Part shown: in pieces, positions 19,037 to 28,870 of the stretch
Layout: every line of letters begins with the position of its first letter
How positions within the stretch are numbered: position 1 is the stretch's first letter
DNA from: Candidatus Hermodarchaeum yapensis
GTDB taxonomy: Archaea > Asgardarchaeota > Hermodarchaeia > Hermodarchaeales > Hermodarchaeaceae
Assembly (NCBI GenBank): GCA_016840405.1
Contig: JAEOSK010000005.1
Coordinates: forward strand, 15,324-79,323
DNA length: 64,000 nt
Direction of reading: 5' to 3'
Made by a program: the position numbers and the translations under genes
Notes under the pieces: generated by a model
The model's database searches: none
The model's input: only the letters and a program-made list of their open reading frames with translations
What the model was told of the DNA's origin: nothing

Positions 19037-20971
19037 TTATTTTGAATCACGAATGGAATCAAAGGCTTCGGGATTTTCAACAGAAGACAAATCCCCGACT
19101 TCGTGACCAAGATATACACGTTTAATTAATCGCCGGACGATTTTGCCGGATCGGGTTTTGGGTAATGCAGAGACAAATCGGACCTCTTCAGGGAGGAAGG
19201 GTTTGCCCATGGTTTTTCCGACATATTGTCTCAATTCTTCTCGAAGGTCCTCGCTGATATCAAATCCAGATTTGAGTACAACATAGGCGATGATTCCAGC
19301 CCCTTTGATTTCATGGGGAACCCCTATGGCAGCGACCTCGGAAACCGCTTTATGACTAATTAGTGCTGTTTCTATTTCAGAGGGACCAACTCGTTGGCTA
19401 GATACCTTGATGACATCATCTGCCCGACCCAGAAGAAACCAGAATCCATCTTCATCAACTTGAGCCAGATCTCCATGCCACCATATTCCAGGAAATGTTG
19501 ACCAATAGGTTTCGATATAACGTTCGGGTGCATTCCAAAAGCCTCGTGTCATGGAAGGAGCCGGCTTGCGGCAAATGAGTGTACCAATATCTCCGCGAAT
19601 ACTCTTTCCAGTGTCATCAATGCAATCTATGTCCATTCCCAACCCGGGACCGCGCAGGGTTCGGGGTTTGAGATCATTGATTGGCATGGGGCTTAAGAAA
19701 CAACCAAAAATCTCAGTTCCTCCAGACAGGTTGATAATTGGGAGTTTGCCTTTCCCGACCGTGTTGAAATACCACAACCAGCTGGTATCATCCCACGGTT
19801 CGCCAGTCGATCCCAAAATGCGGAGAGTGCTCATCTTATGTTTGTTGACCCATTCATCACCTAATCGAATGAGATAGCGAATAGCTGTTGGTGAAATACC
19901 GAATGCTGTTACTTTGTACTTATCTATGGTTTTCCATAGCTGGTCGGGTTGAGGAAAATCGATTGCACCTTCATAGATAAGATGAGCCGCGCCTTGATGT
20001 TGTGCTCCGACGATTTGCCATGGGCCCATCATCCAGCCGAGGTCACTCAGCCAAAACAAAGTGTCAGTTTCTTTGACATCACAATAGTATGCGACTTCTT
20101 TTGCTGCCTGTGCTAAAGCCCCAGCATGAGAATGAACCGTGCCTTTTGGTTTCCCAGTTGTCCCCGAGCTGTATAATACCATTGCAGGATCTTCCGATTC
20201 CATCTGAGAGGTAGGCGCAGAAAGATCCATTCCATCAACGACATCATGCCACCATAGATCCACACCCTTATTCCAGGGGATTTTAAGACCTAGCCGTTTG
20301 AACAGAATCAAATGTTTGATTGATTTCACACCATCAACGCTTGCGTCTGCATTTTTCTTGAGTGGGATTTGTTTTCCACGCCGAATAGAGCCATCTGCTG
20401 TGAAGAGAATTTTCGCTCCGACATCTTGGATTCGCATTTTCACTGCATCTGGACTAAATCCTGAAAAAATTGGGACACCGATAGCGCCAATTTTATAGCT
20501 AGCTAGCAAGGCCATGACGGTTTCGGGAACCATTGGCATATAGATTGCACAGGGATCACCCTTCCCAATCCCTAATTCCTGTAGGGCATTTGCGAGTTTA
20601 CATACGCCTTCATTGAGTTGTGCATAAGTTAGAATTCGATCTTCGCCGGTTTCGCTGACCCAGATGAGTGCTGTTTTGTTTGCTCGAGTTGATTGTACAT
20701 GGCGATCAAGGATGTTGTGAACGATATTGAGTTTGCCACCCACAAACCATTTGGTCCATTCAATTCCTTTTGAGTCATCTAACACCTGTGAATAGGGTTG
20801 ATACCATTCAACGCCAATGTCTTTGAGTGCAGCGTCCCAAAACCATTCAATATCTTCAGTGCTACGACTAATTAGTTCATCGTAAGTGTTGATATTGTGT
20901 TTATTCATGAAGTGGCGTATGTTGCTGTTGGTTTGATAGTCACCCGAAGAACGCCAGATAATTTCACTCAT
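19037..20971 (-). CDS. AMP-forming acetyl/acyl-CoA synthetase (Acs-like)
   Basis: 644 aa with YSSGTTGKPKG, a TGEP-type motif and C-terminal TRSGKIVRR. Confidence 0.85.
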   Translation of the reverse strand: MSEIIWRSSGDYQTNSNIRHFMNKHNINTYDELISRSTEDIEWFWDAALKDIGVEWYQPYSQVLDDSKGIEWTKWFVGGKLNIVHNILDRHVQSTRANKTALIWVSETGEDRILTYAQLNEGVCKLANALQELGIGKGDPCAIYMPMVPETVMALLASYKIGAIGVPIFSGFSPDAVKMRIQDVGAKILFTADGSIRRGKQIPLKKNADASVDGVKSIKHLILFKRLGLKIPWNKGVDLWWHDVVDGMDLSAPTSQMESEDPAMVLYSSGTTGKPKGTVHSHAGALAQAAKEVAYYCDVKETDTLFWLSDLGWMMGPWQIVGAQHQGAAHLIYEGAIDFPQPDQLWKTIDKYKVTAFGISPTAIRYLIRLGDEWVNKHKMSTLRILGSTGEPWDDTSWLWYFNTVGKGKLPIINLSGGTEIFGCFLSPMPINDLKPRTLRGPGLGMDIDCIDDTGKSIRGDIGTLICRKPAPSMTRGFWNAPERYIETYWSTFPGIWWHGDLAQVDEDGFWFLLGRADDVIKVSSQRVGPSEIETALISHKAVSEVAAIGVPHEIKGAGIIAYVVLKSGFDISEDLREELRQYVGKTMGKPFLPEEVRFVSALPKTRSGKIVRRLIKRVYLGHEVGDLSSVENPEAFDSIRDSK

Positions 20972-21103
20972 AGCTTGACACTCCTGGGAGTCCTTACAGT
21001 CTTATCGTTCGGTCTTTGTTCATATTTGTTTTTACTTAGGTTTCAATAACAGTGAAACACTTTTTACAGTTGATGCCTGTATTCGTGGAAAAGGTGGTCG
21101 ATT

Positions 21104-22264
21104 GTGACAAACCGTGTCGCCATTATTGGTGTGGGTCAAAGTAGTTTTGGAAAACGCCCAGACTCGTCTATCCGTGATTTGACGTTTGAAGCATTTCACG
21201 AAGCCATCGAGGACACCAAGAATTTAGAGAGAGATGAGATCGATGCGTCTTTGGTTGCTTCTTCATCTGGTTATGACAAGCAGAGGTCACCTGCTGCGGT
21301 AATTGCCGGATATTTAGAATTAAATCCCCAACCGACTTTTCTCACTGAGGCCGCTTGTGCATCAAGTACTGTTGCTCTTCGCACTGCGTGGTCGTTTGTC
21401 AAGTCGGGTCTTCATGATGTTGTTGCTGTGATTGGTTATCAGAAAATGACAGATATGACATCTGAAGCGATTCAAGAGGTCATGGGCCGTGCTGGAGATG
21501 TTATGTTTGAATCACCCTTTGGCACTAGCATGCCAGCCTATTATGCCATGTTTGCTCGAGCACACATGGATGCTTATGGTACAACTGAAGAAGATCTTGC
21601 GAAGGTTTCGGTGAAAAATCACTATTACAGTCAGTATAATCCAAAGGCTATGTTTCAGAAGGAGTTCACTTTAGAGAAAGTGCTGTCCTCTCGAGTAATC
21701 GCTAGCCCCTTGAAGAGTCTCGACTGCTGTGCTAATTCAGATGGCGCATCATGCCTAATTGTAGCCAATGAAGCAAAAGCGAAGAAGTTTGCCGAACAAC
21801 CCGTTTGGATCAAAGGGTTGGGCCTTGGTTCAACAGCTATGTCTCTTGCTAGCCGTAACCCGCCTTTCACAGGTTTTGAAAGTGCGAAGGAAGCAGCTCG
21901 ACAAGCCTACGCCATGGCAAGCATCAAACCCACAGATATCGATGTTGCAGAAGTTCATGACTGCTTCACAATTGCCGAACTCATTGCTTATGGGGATCTT
22001 GAATTCTGTAAACGTGAAGACAGCCCCAAAATGATACGTAATGAAGAAACACACCTTGGGGGACGTATACCTGTGAATATTGATGGGGGCCTCCTATCAA
22101 AGGGTCATCCCGTAGGTGCAACTGGTGGTTCACAGATTCGAACTCTGGTGCATCAACTTCGTGGTGAAGGGGGAAAGATGCAAGTGGATGGAGCAAAAAT
22201 TGCTTTGGGTCACAATGTTGGTGGAATCGGGATGTATACGAATGTGACCATTCTGGAGGCCTAG
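21104..22264 (+). CDS. Thiolase (second SCP-x/archaeal type copy)
   Basis: 386 aa with a GTG start. AACASSTVAL, EVHDCFT and GHPVGATG motifs. Confidence 0.85.
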   Translation: MTNRVAIIGVGQSSFGKRPDSSIRDLTFEAFHEAIEDTKNLERDEIDASLVASSSGYDKQRSPAAVIAGYLELNPQPTFLTEAACASSTVALRTAWSFVKSGLHDVVAVIGYQKMTDMTSEAIQEVMGRAGDVMFESPFGTSMPAYYAMFARAHMDAYGTTEEDLAKVSVKNHYYSQYNPKAMFQKEFTLEKVLSSRVIASPLKSLDCCANSDGASCLIVANEAKAKKFAEQPVWIKGLGLGSTAMSLASRNPPFTGFESAKEAARQAYAMASIKPTDIDVAEVHDCFTIAELIAYGDLEFCKREDSPKMIRNEETHLGGRIPVNIDGGLLSKGHPVGATGGSQIRTLVHQLRGEGGKMQVDGAKIALGHNVGGIGMYTNVTILEA

Positions 22265-22278
22265 TATGGAGGTTTGAG

Positions 22279-22701
22279 GTGAATAGGATGGGATTTGAAC
22301 GGTTTGGTTTTGTCAGTTATGTTTCGCAGGCAAAAATTGGTGAGTTTACCGAATACCTGAAAAACAATCAGCTAATGGGTACAAAGTGTAAAAAATGTGG
22401 GAAAGTCTATTTCCCACCACGTGGTGATTGCACCTCATGCCTTGGAGAGGAAATTGAATGGGTTGAAATCCAGGGTGAAGGTAAACTTGTTACCTTCACT
22501 CAAGTTAACTTTGCTCCAACGGGATTTCAAAAAGACGTCCCATATATTCTTGCACTTGGACAATTAAACAGTGGACAATATGTTTTTGCTCGATTTTCCA
22601 AAGATGTGTCATTGGAACAGTTGAAAATCGGAATGGCGTTACAACTTGTACCGTGCAAAATCGATGAAGAACGAGTAACATATGAGTTTCAGGTGCTTTA
22701 A
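22279..22701 (+). CDS. DUF35 OB-fold/zinc-ribbon protein (second copy)
   Basis: 140 aa with CKKCGKVYFPPRGDCTSCLG followed by an OB-fold segment. Lies 14 nt after the thiolase. Confidence 0.75.
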   Translation: MNRMGFERFGFVSYVSQAKIGEFTEYLKNNQLMGTKCKKCGKVYFPPRGDCTSCLGEEIEWVEIQGEGKLVTFTQVNFAPTGFQKDVPYILALGQLNSGQYVFARFSKDVSLEQLKIGMALQLVPCKIDEERVTYEFQVL

Positions 22702-22706
22702 AGGGT

Positions 22707-23756
22707 TCACCGGAATTCTGGGATAACCTCAGTAGCAAAGAGCTTCAAGGTGTCCTTAAGCATCTTTGGGGGAACAAAGAAGTTGACAACCATATGTCGG
22801 ACACCCGCCTTCTGATATTCCTTGATCCCTTTGATTACATCATCAGGTGTACCAAAGAAAACTGGGGCTTTGTCGAGAACGTCATCAGGAATCTCTTTTG
22901 CCATCGCCAGTAGTTTTTCAGTAACCTCTAAGTTCATAACCAAATGCCAAGTCATGTCGAACTCGTCGGTAACGTCATCATATCCTAATCGACGAAGAAT
23001 TCGTGGACGAGTTAGGAAGTAGATCTTTGCCCCGAGTCCCACATTTTTCCGAGCGGTTTCGTATTCATCAGCGACAACTGTAAACACAAAGGCTGCAGGT
23101 TCAATTACATTCGGATCACGTCCAGCTTTCTTTGCGTGATCTCGGACAATCTGTAATTTCTCTGCATATTCATCAGGAAACATACTTGCTGGAACCCAAC
23201 CATCACCCAACTCTCCAGCCATCTTCATAGTTTTGGGCGAATTTGCTGCAATCCATACCGGTGGGTTTGGTTCTTGAATTGGTCGTGGTTGGAGAAATGC
23301 GTTATCTAATTTGTAGTACTTTCCGTCATAATTGGCAACCTCTTCTGTCCACAGCATCCGCATGACTTTTACGGCTTCACGTGTGCGTCCAAGAGGCTTT
23401 TTGAGATCAATTCCAAAAGGAAAGAGATTCATGGCTTCACCTAACCCGACGCCTACAATCGCTCTTCCATTTGAGATGTGATCACAAGTAGTAATCATCT
23501 GTGCTAGCGCCGCCGGATGGTGACGATAGGTATCACCAACACAAGTGCCTAATTTCACATTCTTTGTTTGTGTGGCTACAGCTGAGAGCGCTGACCAAGC
23601 TTCCAAGGCATCCCACCGTCGAATGCCAAATCCAACCGTATGATCGGGCATCCAAAAGGAATCGAATCCCATTTTTTCGATATATGTCGCCGTATCAAGG
23701 ATTCGGTCCCAAGCTGAAGGAGTACTAACAACTCCAAATTTTAGTGTGTCTGACAT
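22707..23756 (-). CDS. Luciferase-like (LLM class) flavin/F420-dependent oxidoreductase
   Basis: 349 aa TIM-barrel LLM pattern (GFDSFWMPDH, GRAIVGVGLGE), Mer-like. Confidence 0.75.
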   Translation of the reverse strand: MSDTLKFGVVSTPSAWDRILDTATYIEKMGFDSFWMPDHTVGFGIRRWDALEAWSALSAVATQTKNVKLGTCVGDTYRHHPAALAQMITTCDHISNGRAIVGVGLGEAMNLFPFGIDLKKPLGRTREAVKVMRMLWTEEVANYDGKYYKLDNAFLQPRPIQEPNPPVWIAANSPKTMKMAGELGDGWVPASMFPDEYAEKLQIVRDHAKKAGRDPNVIEPAAFVFTVVADEYETARKNVGLGAKIYFLTRPRILRRLGYDDVTDEFDMTWHLVMNLEVTEKLLAMAKEIPDDVLDKAPVFFGTPDDVIKGIKEYQKAGVRHMVVNFFVPPKMLKDTLKLFATEVIPEFR

Positions 23757-23767
23757 TCTCTTGCCTC

Positions 23768-24532
23768 CTATTTATCCACAACTTTGGGTTCACGCTTTTC
23801 TAAGAAAGCTCTAACGCCTTCTTTGGCATCTTCAGTTTCAAGGAGTTTTCTCATGTACTGAGCTTCAATAAACAAGCCTTCTTCAAGAGTGCGCTGAGTG
23901 GCTTCTTTCAGAGCCCGTTTAGCATATTTTAACGCAACAAGGCCCCGCTTTGCGATTCGTTCTGCAAGAGCCATTGCGGTAGGGATTAGCTGATCTGGTG
24001 GGACGATTTTGTACACAAAGTCTCCCATTTGAGATGCTGGTACAATGTCACCGGTAAAAATGAGTTCACGGGCTAATTGGGGGTTCATCCACCGTTGTAT
24101 ACGTTGGGTACCACCCCATCCTGGAATGACGCCTAGCTTGATTTCGGGTTGCCCGAATTTCGCTGTTTCCGAGGCGATAACAAAATCACAGGCCATGGTA
24201 ATTTCCATGCCTCCACCCAAGCAAAATCCATTGACAGCAACAATAATTGGCTTTGAAGTCCTTTCCAAAGATAAGGTAAAATTCTGACCCGTTCTAGTCA
24301 GCTGGTCAGCCCTGTCTGCATCTTGACCCTCAAACTGTTTGATGTCTGCACCACCAACAAAGAACCTATCACCAGCTCCCGTAAGAATTACAACCTTGGT
24401 GTCATCCTCATCAAGTTCTGAAAATACTATTTCAAGTGTTTGAAAGACTTCCGGGGTTAGGGCATTTGCGGGAGGATTGTTTATTGTGACTGTTACCACC
24501 TGTTTCTTTTTTTCAACTTCGACTAATGGCAT
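23768..24532 (-). CDS. Enoyl-CoA hydratase (crotonase family)
   Basis: 254 aa with INNPPANAL, FFVGGADI and NGFCLGGGMEITMACD motifs. Confidence 0.85.
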   Translation of the reverse strand: MPLVEVEKKKQVVTVTINNPPANALTPEVFQTLEIVFSELDEDDTKVVILTGAGDRFFVGGADIKQFEGQDADRADQLTRTGQNFTLSLERTSKPIIVAVNGFCLGGGMEITMACDFVIASETAKFGQPEIKLGVIPGWGGTQRIQRWMNPQLARELIFTGDIVPASQMGDFVYKIVPPDQLIPTAMALAERIAKRGLVALKYAKRALKEATQRTLEEGLFIEAQYMRKLLETEDAKEGVRAFLEKREPKVVDK

Positions 24533-24759
24533 TACTTTCTAGCTCCCACGACAAATTACGAGACATCCCATAAAGTTTCGAGGTTCCTTTTACAGTTTGT
24601 TGTATTTGATATTTCAATTCAAATTTCCAGTTGAAATTAAGAAATCATGAAAAACAGAGATGTAACTACATCTGGTTTCGGAATAATTTAAGCCCCTGGA
24701 TGCCAATTATAATTCTGTTCCAATAAGGGATTCAGGTTTTACCCTGGATTTGGGACGGA

Positions 24760-25236
24760 GTGTGTGGCTATTTGAGTTCTACTGTTAAAAGTAGACAACC
24801 AAAAAGAAAACCGTCCAGACGACGGGTTATTGTTTCTGACACTCCAGAAGAGTTACCTGAAGCCATTGCTTGGTTACGCAAGCTAGTAACCACAATTATT
24901 ACGATGAACTTAGAAGGGATCATGCGATTGAAAGATCAGTTTGACCAGATTTACGATGATCACGTTGATGAGTTTGACCGGAAACTTCGCAAGATAGATT
25001 TTGAAAAAGCCGAAGATATCCAAGGTCATTCCGATGCAAAAGTGGTCCTTGGTTATTTGTTAGCAGTCTGTAAATATCTCGAACGCCTTGCGGATATCAA
25101 GAAGCAAAATCAACATTCGTCTTCGCGAAAACAAGAATCGGATTCATTAGCGAATGCACTACAGAAAGACCTAACAAAAGAACTGCGTGCCTTCTCCCGT
25201 GAATTAGAACAAACCCATGGAATCAAACCCAAGTAA
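24760..25236 (+). CDS. Hypothetical helical protein
   Basis: 158 aa with a GTG start; the real start may be an internal Met. Charged helical segments and no motif recognised. Confidence 0.4.
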   Translation: MCGYLSSTVKSRQPKRKPSRRRVIVSDTPEELPEAIAWLRKLVTTIITMNLEGIMRLKDQFDQIYDDHVDEFDRKLRKIDFEKAEDIQGHSDAKVVLGYLLAVCKYLERLADIKKQNQHSSSRKQESDSLANALQKDLTKELRAFSRELEQTHGIKPK

Positions 25237-25354
25237 TTCCAAAATAGCACTTTTGAAGCCGCCTTAATAGTTCCATTACGTTTAGACGTTGCAGCAAAAC
25301 CCTTTTGGAATTTAACACACCAATATCCTGCATAATTCAAGTTGGTTATGGAAA

Positions 25355-26101
25355 ATGACTGGAATTTCTTCGCTTACTGCTTCTTTGAAAAAGAATCAAT
25401 CTATTATTGATGAACTTGCAGCAACAACTCAAAAGGCATTGGCTTCACTTTTGAATCAAATCGACCGTCTCCTTGAATTATCCGCTCACTTACAGGAATC
25501 GTGGGAAGATCGACAGGCAACTGAAGAGGAATTATCTCATGATTCTTCCTCTTTGGCTGGTGAGCTTGAAGCGGAAACCCGGGAGAAGTCGAAGCTTGAA
25601 ACAACAGATTCCACTCAAAGGCAGGTATTAGCAGAGGCAAAAGCAGAACGTGGGAAATTACAAGAAGAAGTAACAACGGCGGAGAAAACTCTTGAAGACT
25701 TAGAAGATCAACTTCGCACCCTTGATCGGACCCTTCGAGAACAGGATAAAGCGCTGGTTAAGGTTGAGGAGCAACTCAATAAGGTTGATGAGAAACACAC
25801 TCACCAATTAGAGGACCTTGAAACAAAAGCAAATGAGGCGTTAAATGAAGCTGAATTATTGGAGGCAAAATACAAAGCGCTTCGGTATCTTGTTCAAGAA
25901 AAAATCATAACCTCGCCTGAAGCAAAAGTGGCTCTTGAACTGAAAGGAAAAGAAACCGCGACTATTGATCATCTCCAAAAAACAACGTTCATAGGTCGAT
26001 TCAAAGTCAGGGAAATTCTCGAGCAAATGACCGAACACAAAATTGTCAAGTTTGATCGTGGTTCAGGACAGGTGAAAGTGCTGAAACCCATTGATTTGTG
26101 A
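25355..26101 (+). CDS. Coiled-coil protein with C-terminal winged-helix-like domain
   Basis: 248 aa. About 170 aa of E/K/L/Q heptad-like sequence, then TIDHLQKTTFIGRFKVREILEQMTEHKIVKFDRGSGQVKVLKP (HTH plus wing). Confidence 0.6.
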   Translation: MTGISSLTASLKKNQSIIDELAATTQKALASLLNQIDRLLELSAHLQESWEDRQATEEELSHDSSSLAGELEAETREKSKLETTDSTQRQVLAEAKAERGKLQEEVTTAEKTLEDLEDQLRTLDRTLREQDKALVKVEEQLNKVDEKHTHQLEDLETKANEALNEAELLEAKYKALRYLVQEKIITSPEAKVALELKGKETATIDHLQKTTFIGRFKVREILEQMTEHKIVKFDRGSGQVKVLKPIDL

Positions 26102-26859
26102 AATGCGTGAGGATGATATTGATGGCTGAAATGAAAGAACTCCAACAAGGAATGGAAAAGAACCAAGCACAAATGAAGGCTTTACGTGAAGCGTTTCACT
26201 CTCAAATGTCGGTCCTAGTTAACGAAGTTACCACGAGCTTACAAACCCTGACCCGTATTGAACGTGAATTTCAACTCTCTGAAACTCGAATGCAAGAACA
26301 GCGAGAGACGATTAACCACCTTCAGGAACAATTGACCCAACTTCGAGAAACAGGAAGTGAGATGGAAGCTAAGATTGCTAGTATCTTCAACGAACTTAAC
26401 GAACATCAGCAAAAAATTGCAGCATATAATGCCACACTTATGGAAACCCAAGGTCGTATTGAAATCGTCGAAAACGATGTCAACCAACGCAAGGCAGAAA
26501 GTGACGTGAAGCAGCGACAATTAGAGGAAAAACAACGTGAACTTGGACGCCGTAATGCTGAGAAGGATCAAGAAGTAACCAAATACAGAGAGGATTTTTC
26601 AAAAGCGAAGAAACAGGCAGGTCAAGTGAAGAAAGACAATCCCATGGCCAATTACTTATTGACTGAAGGCTTAGAACCCCCTGAACTCGATATTCTTGCA
26701 GTATTGATTCACAAGAAAGAAGTTACAGTAGCAGATCTCAAACGGACTGCTAAAACTCCCCCCGCAATCACGACCCGCGTTTTGAAAGAAATGGAAAATA
26801 AGGGAATCCTTGAACTCACCAGTGATGATAAAGCCCGCTTAGCAATTTCCATAGAGTGA
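26098..26859 (+). CDS. Coiled-coil protein with C-terminal winged-helix-like domain (paralogous architecture)
   Basis: 253 aa. Coiled-coil N-terminal part, then LDILAVLIHKKEVTVADLKRTAKTPPAITTRVLKEMENKGILELTSDD. The start overlaps the preceding stop (GTGA). Confidence 0.6.
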   Translation: MKCVRMILMAEMKELQQGMEKNQAQMKALREAFHSQMSVLVNEVTTSLQTLTRIEREFQLSETRMQEQRETINHLQEQLTQLRETGSEMEAKIASIFNELNEHQQKIAAYNATLMETQGRIEIVENDVNQRKAESDVKQRQLEEKQRELGRRNAEKDQEVTKYREDFSKAKKQAGQVKKDNPMANYLLTEGLEPPELDILAVLIHKKEVTVADLKRTAKTPPAITTRVLKEMENKGILELTSDDKARLAISIE

Positions 26860-26918
26860 ACCGACTTTACCATTTTTGATAGCAAAGGATAAAGAGTGAA
26901 AGAGCGTTAAAGGGTGGG

Positions 26919-27905
26919 GTGGATGGTGCGACTTTGCACAGTGATCTAGATAAGAAGGCATTACGTGCTAAGAAGAAAGCAAAGTCCACATCATATCCTG
27001 AAAGACAATTAGAAGAACTTCTCAAGAATCAATCCTTGGAAATCCCGCACACCAAACATCATCTGGTTATAGGTGACAGCCGGGACATGCCCGAAATCGC
27101 TGATACTTCCGTCCATCTTGTTGTGACTTCACCACCCTACCCCATGATTGACATATGGAACGAGCTCTTCGAAGAAATGGGATGCCCCAATTTTAACACA
27201 ATGCACGCCTATCTCGCTCAAGTTTGGAAAGAATGCTATCGGGTATTAGTCGATGGCGGTATTGCCTGCATCAATATTGGAGATGCCCTACGCAAAATTG
27301 ATGGAAAATTTCAATTGTATTCTAATCACGTTAAGGTTACCCAAGAGTGCGAAGCTCTAGGATTTACAAGCCTTCCATATATTCTGTGGAAGAAACCTAC
27401 GACACGACCAAATGCATTCCTTGGATCTGGTCTACTCCCCCCTAATGCATATATTACCCAAGATTGTGAATTCATTCTAATTTTCCGGAAAGGTCGTCCA
27501 CGACGCTTTCCTCCAAAGGATTTGTATCGGTACGCAAGCCACTACAAGCTAGATGAACGCAACGCCTGGTTTACTCAGATTTGGCAGCTTCCGGGTGCTC
27601 GCCAAGAGAATCATTATCTATCTCGTCGAGTGGCCGCTTTTCCAGAAGAAATTGCGTATCGACTCATTCGAATGTTTTCAATAATTGGTGATACAGTTCT
27701 TGATCCCTTTCTGGGTTCGGGAACCACAATGAAGGTCGCAATAAACACTCATCGTAACAGTGTTGGCTATGAAATAGATACTAAGCTAATTCCCACTATC
27801 AAAGAACGACTCTCAATTGAAGATGATATGTTCAACAAGTACTCAGTGGAAGCATTCGATATTTATCACCGTGAAGATGACTCGAAGGAATCATACAAAG
27901 GGTAA
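26919..27905 (+). CDS. Beta-class N4/N6 DNA methyltransferase (N6_N4_Mtase family), probably N4-cytosine
   Basis: 328 aa. Motif IV VVTSPPYP precedes motif I DPFLGSGTT (beta-class order). No nuclease gene is adjacent. Confidence 0.8.
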   Translation: MDGATLHSDLDKKALRAKKKAKSTSYPERQLEELLKNQSLEIPHTKHHLVIGDSRDMPEIADTSVHLVVTSPPYPMIDIWNELFEEMGCPNFNTMHAYLAQVWKECYRVLVDGGIACINIGDALRKIDGKFQLYSNHVKVTQECEALGFTSLPYILWKKPTTRPNAFLGSGLLPPNAYITQDCEFILIFRKGRPRRFPPKDLYRYASHYKLDERNAWFTQIWQLPGARQENHYLSRRVAAFPEEIAYRLIRMFSIIGDTVLDPFLGSGTTMKVAINTHRNSVGYEIDTKLIPTIKERLSIEDDMFNKYSVEAFDIYHREDDSKESYKG

Positions 27906-27952
27906 ACACATATTACCCCCGAAGATATGAGTCTTGGACATAGGGCTAGCCC

Positions 27953-28870
27953 ATGATTTTAGCAATAGGAAATATTAACCTAGATTGGATTTGCACACTT
28001 CCCCGTCTTCCCGAACCAGATGAGAAACTCAATATCCAGCAGTTGGATATTCACCCTGGTGGTGCAGCAAGTAATTTTGCTGTAAGTCTTGCTCGACTCG
28101 GATCTGATGCCACAATATTTGCTCATGTTGGCAATGATGCTGAGGGAACTGAAGCGCTTCGATCCTTAAAGGAAGAAAAAGTGGATACATCTAGGGTCAT
28201 TATTGAAGACACTCTATCAACTGGTTTTGTCATTATTTTGGTGGGTGGGAATGGGCAGACGATGAAACTTCGATTCCGAGGAGCAAACACCAAACTATCA
28301 CCAAAAGACATCACACCAACACTTCTGGAAGATATCGAAATCGCCCATGCTGCAAGTGTTCCAATCCCTATAGCGAAAAAACTCGCTACAACCTCTGCCA
28401 AGGTTGGTACACGTTCATCCATTGATGTAGGTGAGGAATTGATCACCCCATATCTCGAGGAAGTGCGGGCGATGATTTGCAGTTTTTCCATCGTCTTCAT
28501 GAACAAACTTGTCTTCGAGCGTATCTTCAATGAGGAACCAACACCCCAGAAGGTCCAAAAGGAACTTGGAGGAAACCTCGAAGTGCTAAACGTTACATTA
28601 GGTGCAAAAGGTTCAATTACAGCAACAGCAGACACCGCTTTTCAGACACCAGCTTTCAACGTTACATCCGTTGATACCACCGGAGCAGGTGATGCGTATG
28701 GGGCAGGGTTCATTCACTTTTTTAACCAACACTATCCCATCGAAAAAACGGCTGAGAGAGCAACCGCAGCAGCAGCGATGCAGATTACCCAACCTGGTGC
28801 TCGTGCCGGCTTACCCACTGCTTATGAAATCGAGGAGTTCATAAAAACTTACAAGCAAACAATGGATTAG
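27953..28870 (+). CDS. PfkB-family carbohydrate/nucleoside kinase
   Basis: 305 aa with an N-terminal GG motif (HPGGAASN) and C-terminal DTTGAGDAYGAGF. Confidence 0.85.
   Translation: MILAIGNINLDWICTLPRLPEPDEKLNIQQLDIHPGGAASNFAVSLARLGSDATIFAHVGNDAEGTEALRSLKEEKVDTSRVIIEDTLSTGFVIILVGGNGQTMKLRFRGANTKLSPKDITPTLLEDIEIAHAASVPIPIAKKLATTSAKVGTRSSIDVGEELITPYLEEVRAMICSFSIVFMNKLVFERIFNEEPTPQKVQKELGGNLEVLNVTLGAKGSITATADTAFQTPAFNVTSVDTTGAGDAYGAGFIHFFNQHYPIEKTAERATAAAAMQITQPGARAGLPTAYEIEEFIKTYKQTMD

Noticed and set aside
26919-27905. SPPY methyltransferase as part of a complete restriction-modification or other defence system
   Set aside because: The flanking genes are coiled-coil proteins and a PfkB kinase. 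No nuclease, ATPase or specificity gene is adjacent, so I treat it as an orphan methyltransferase.
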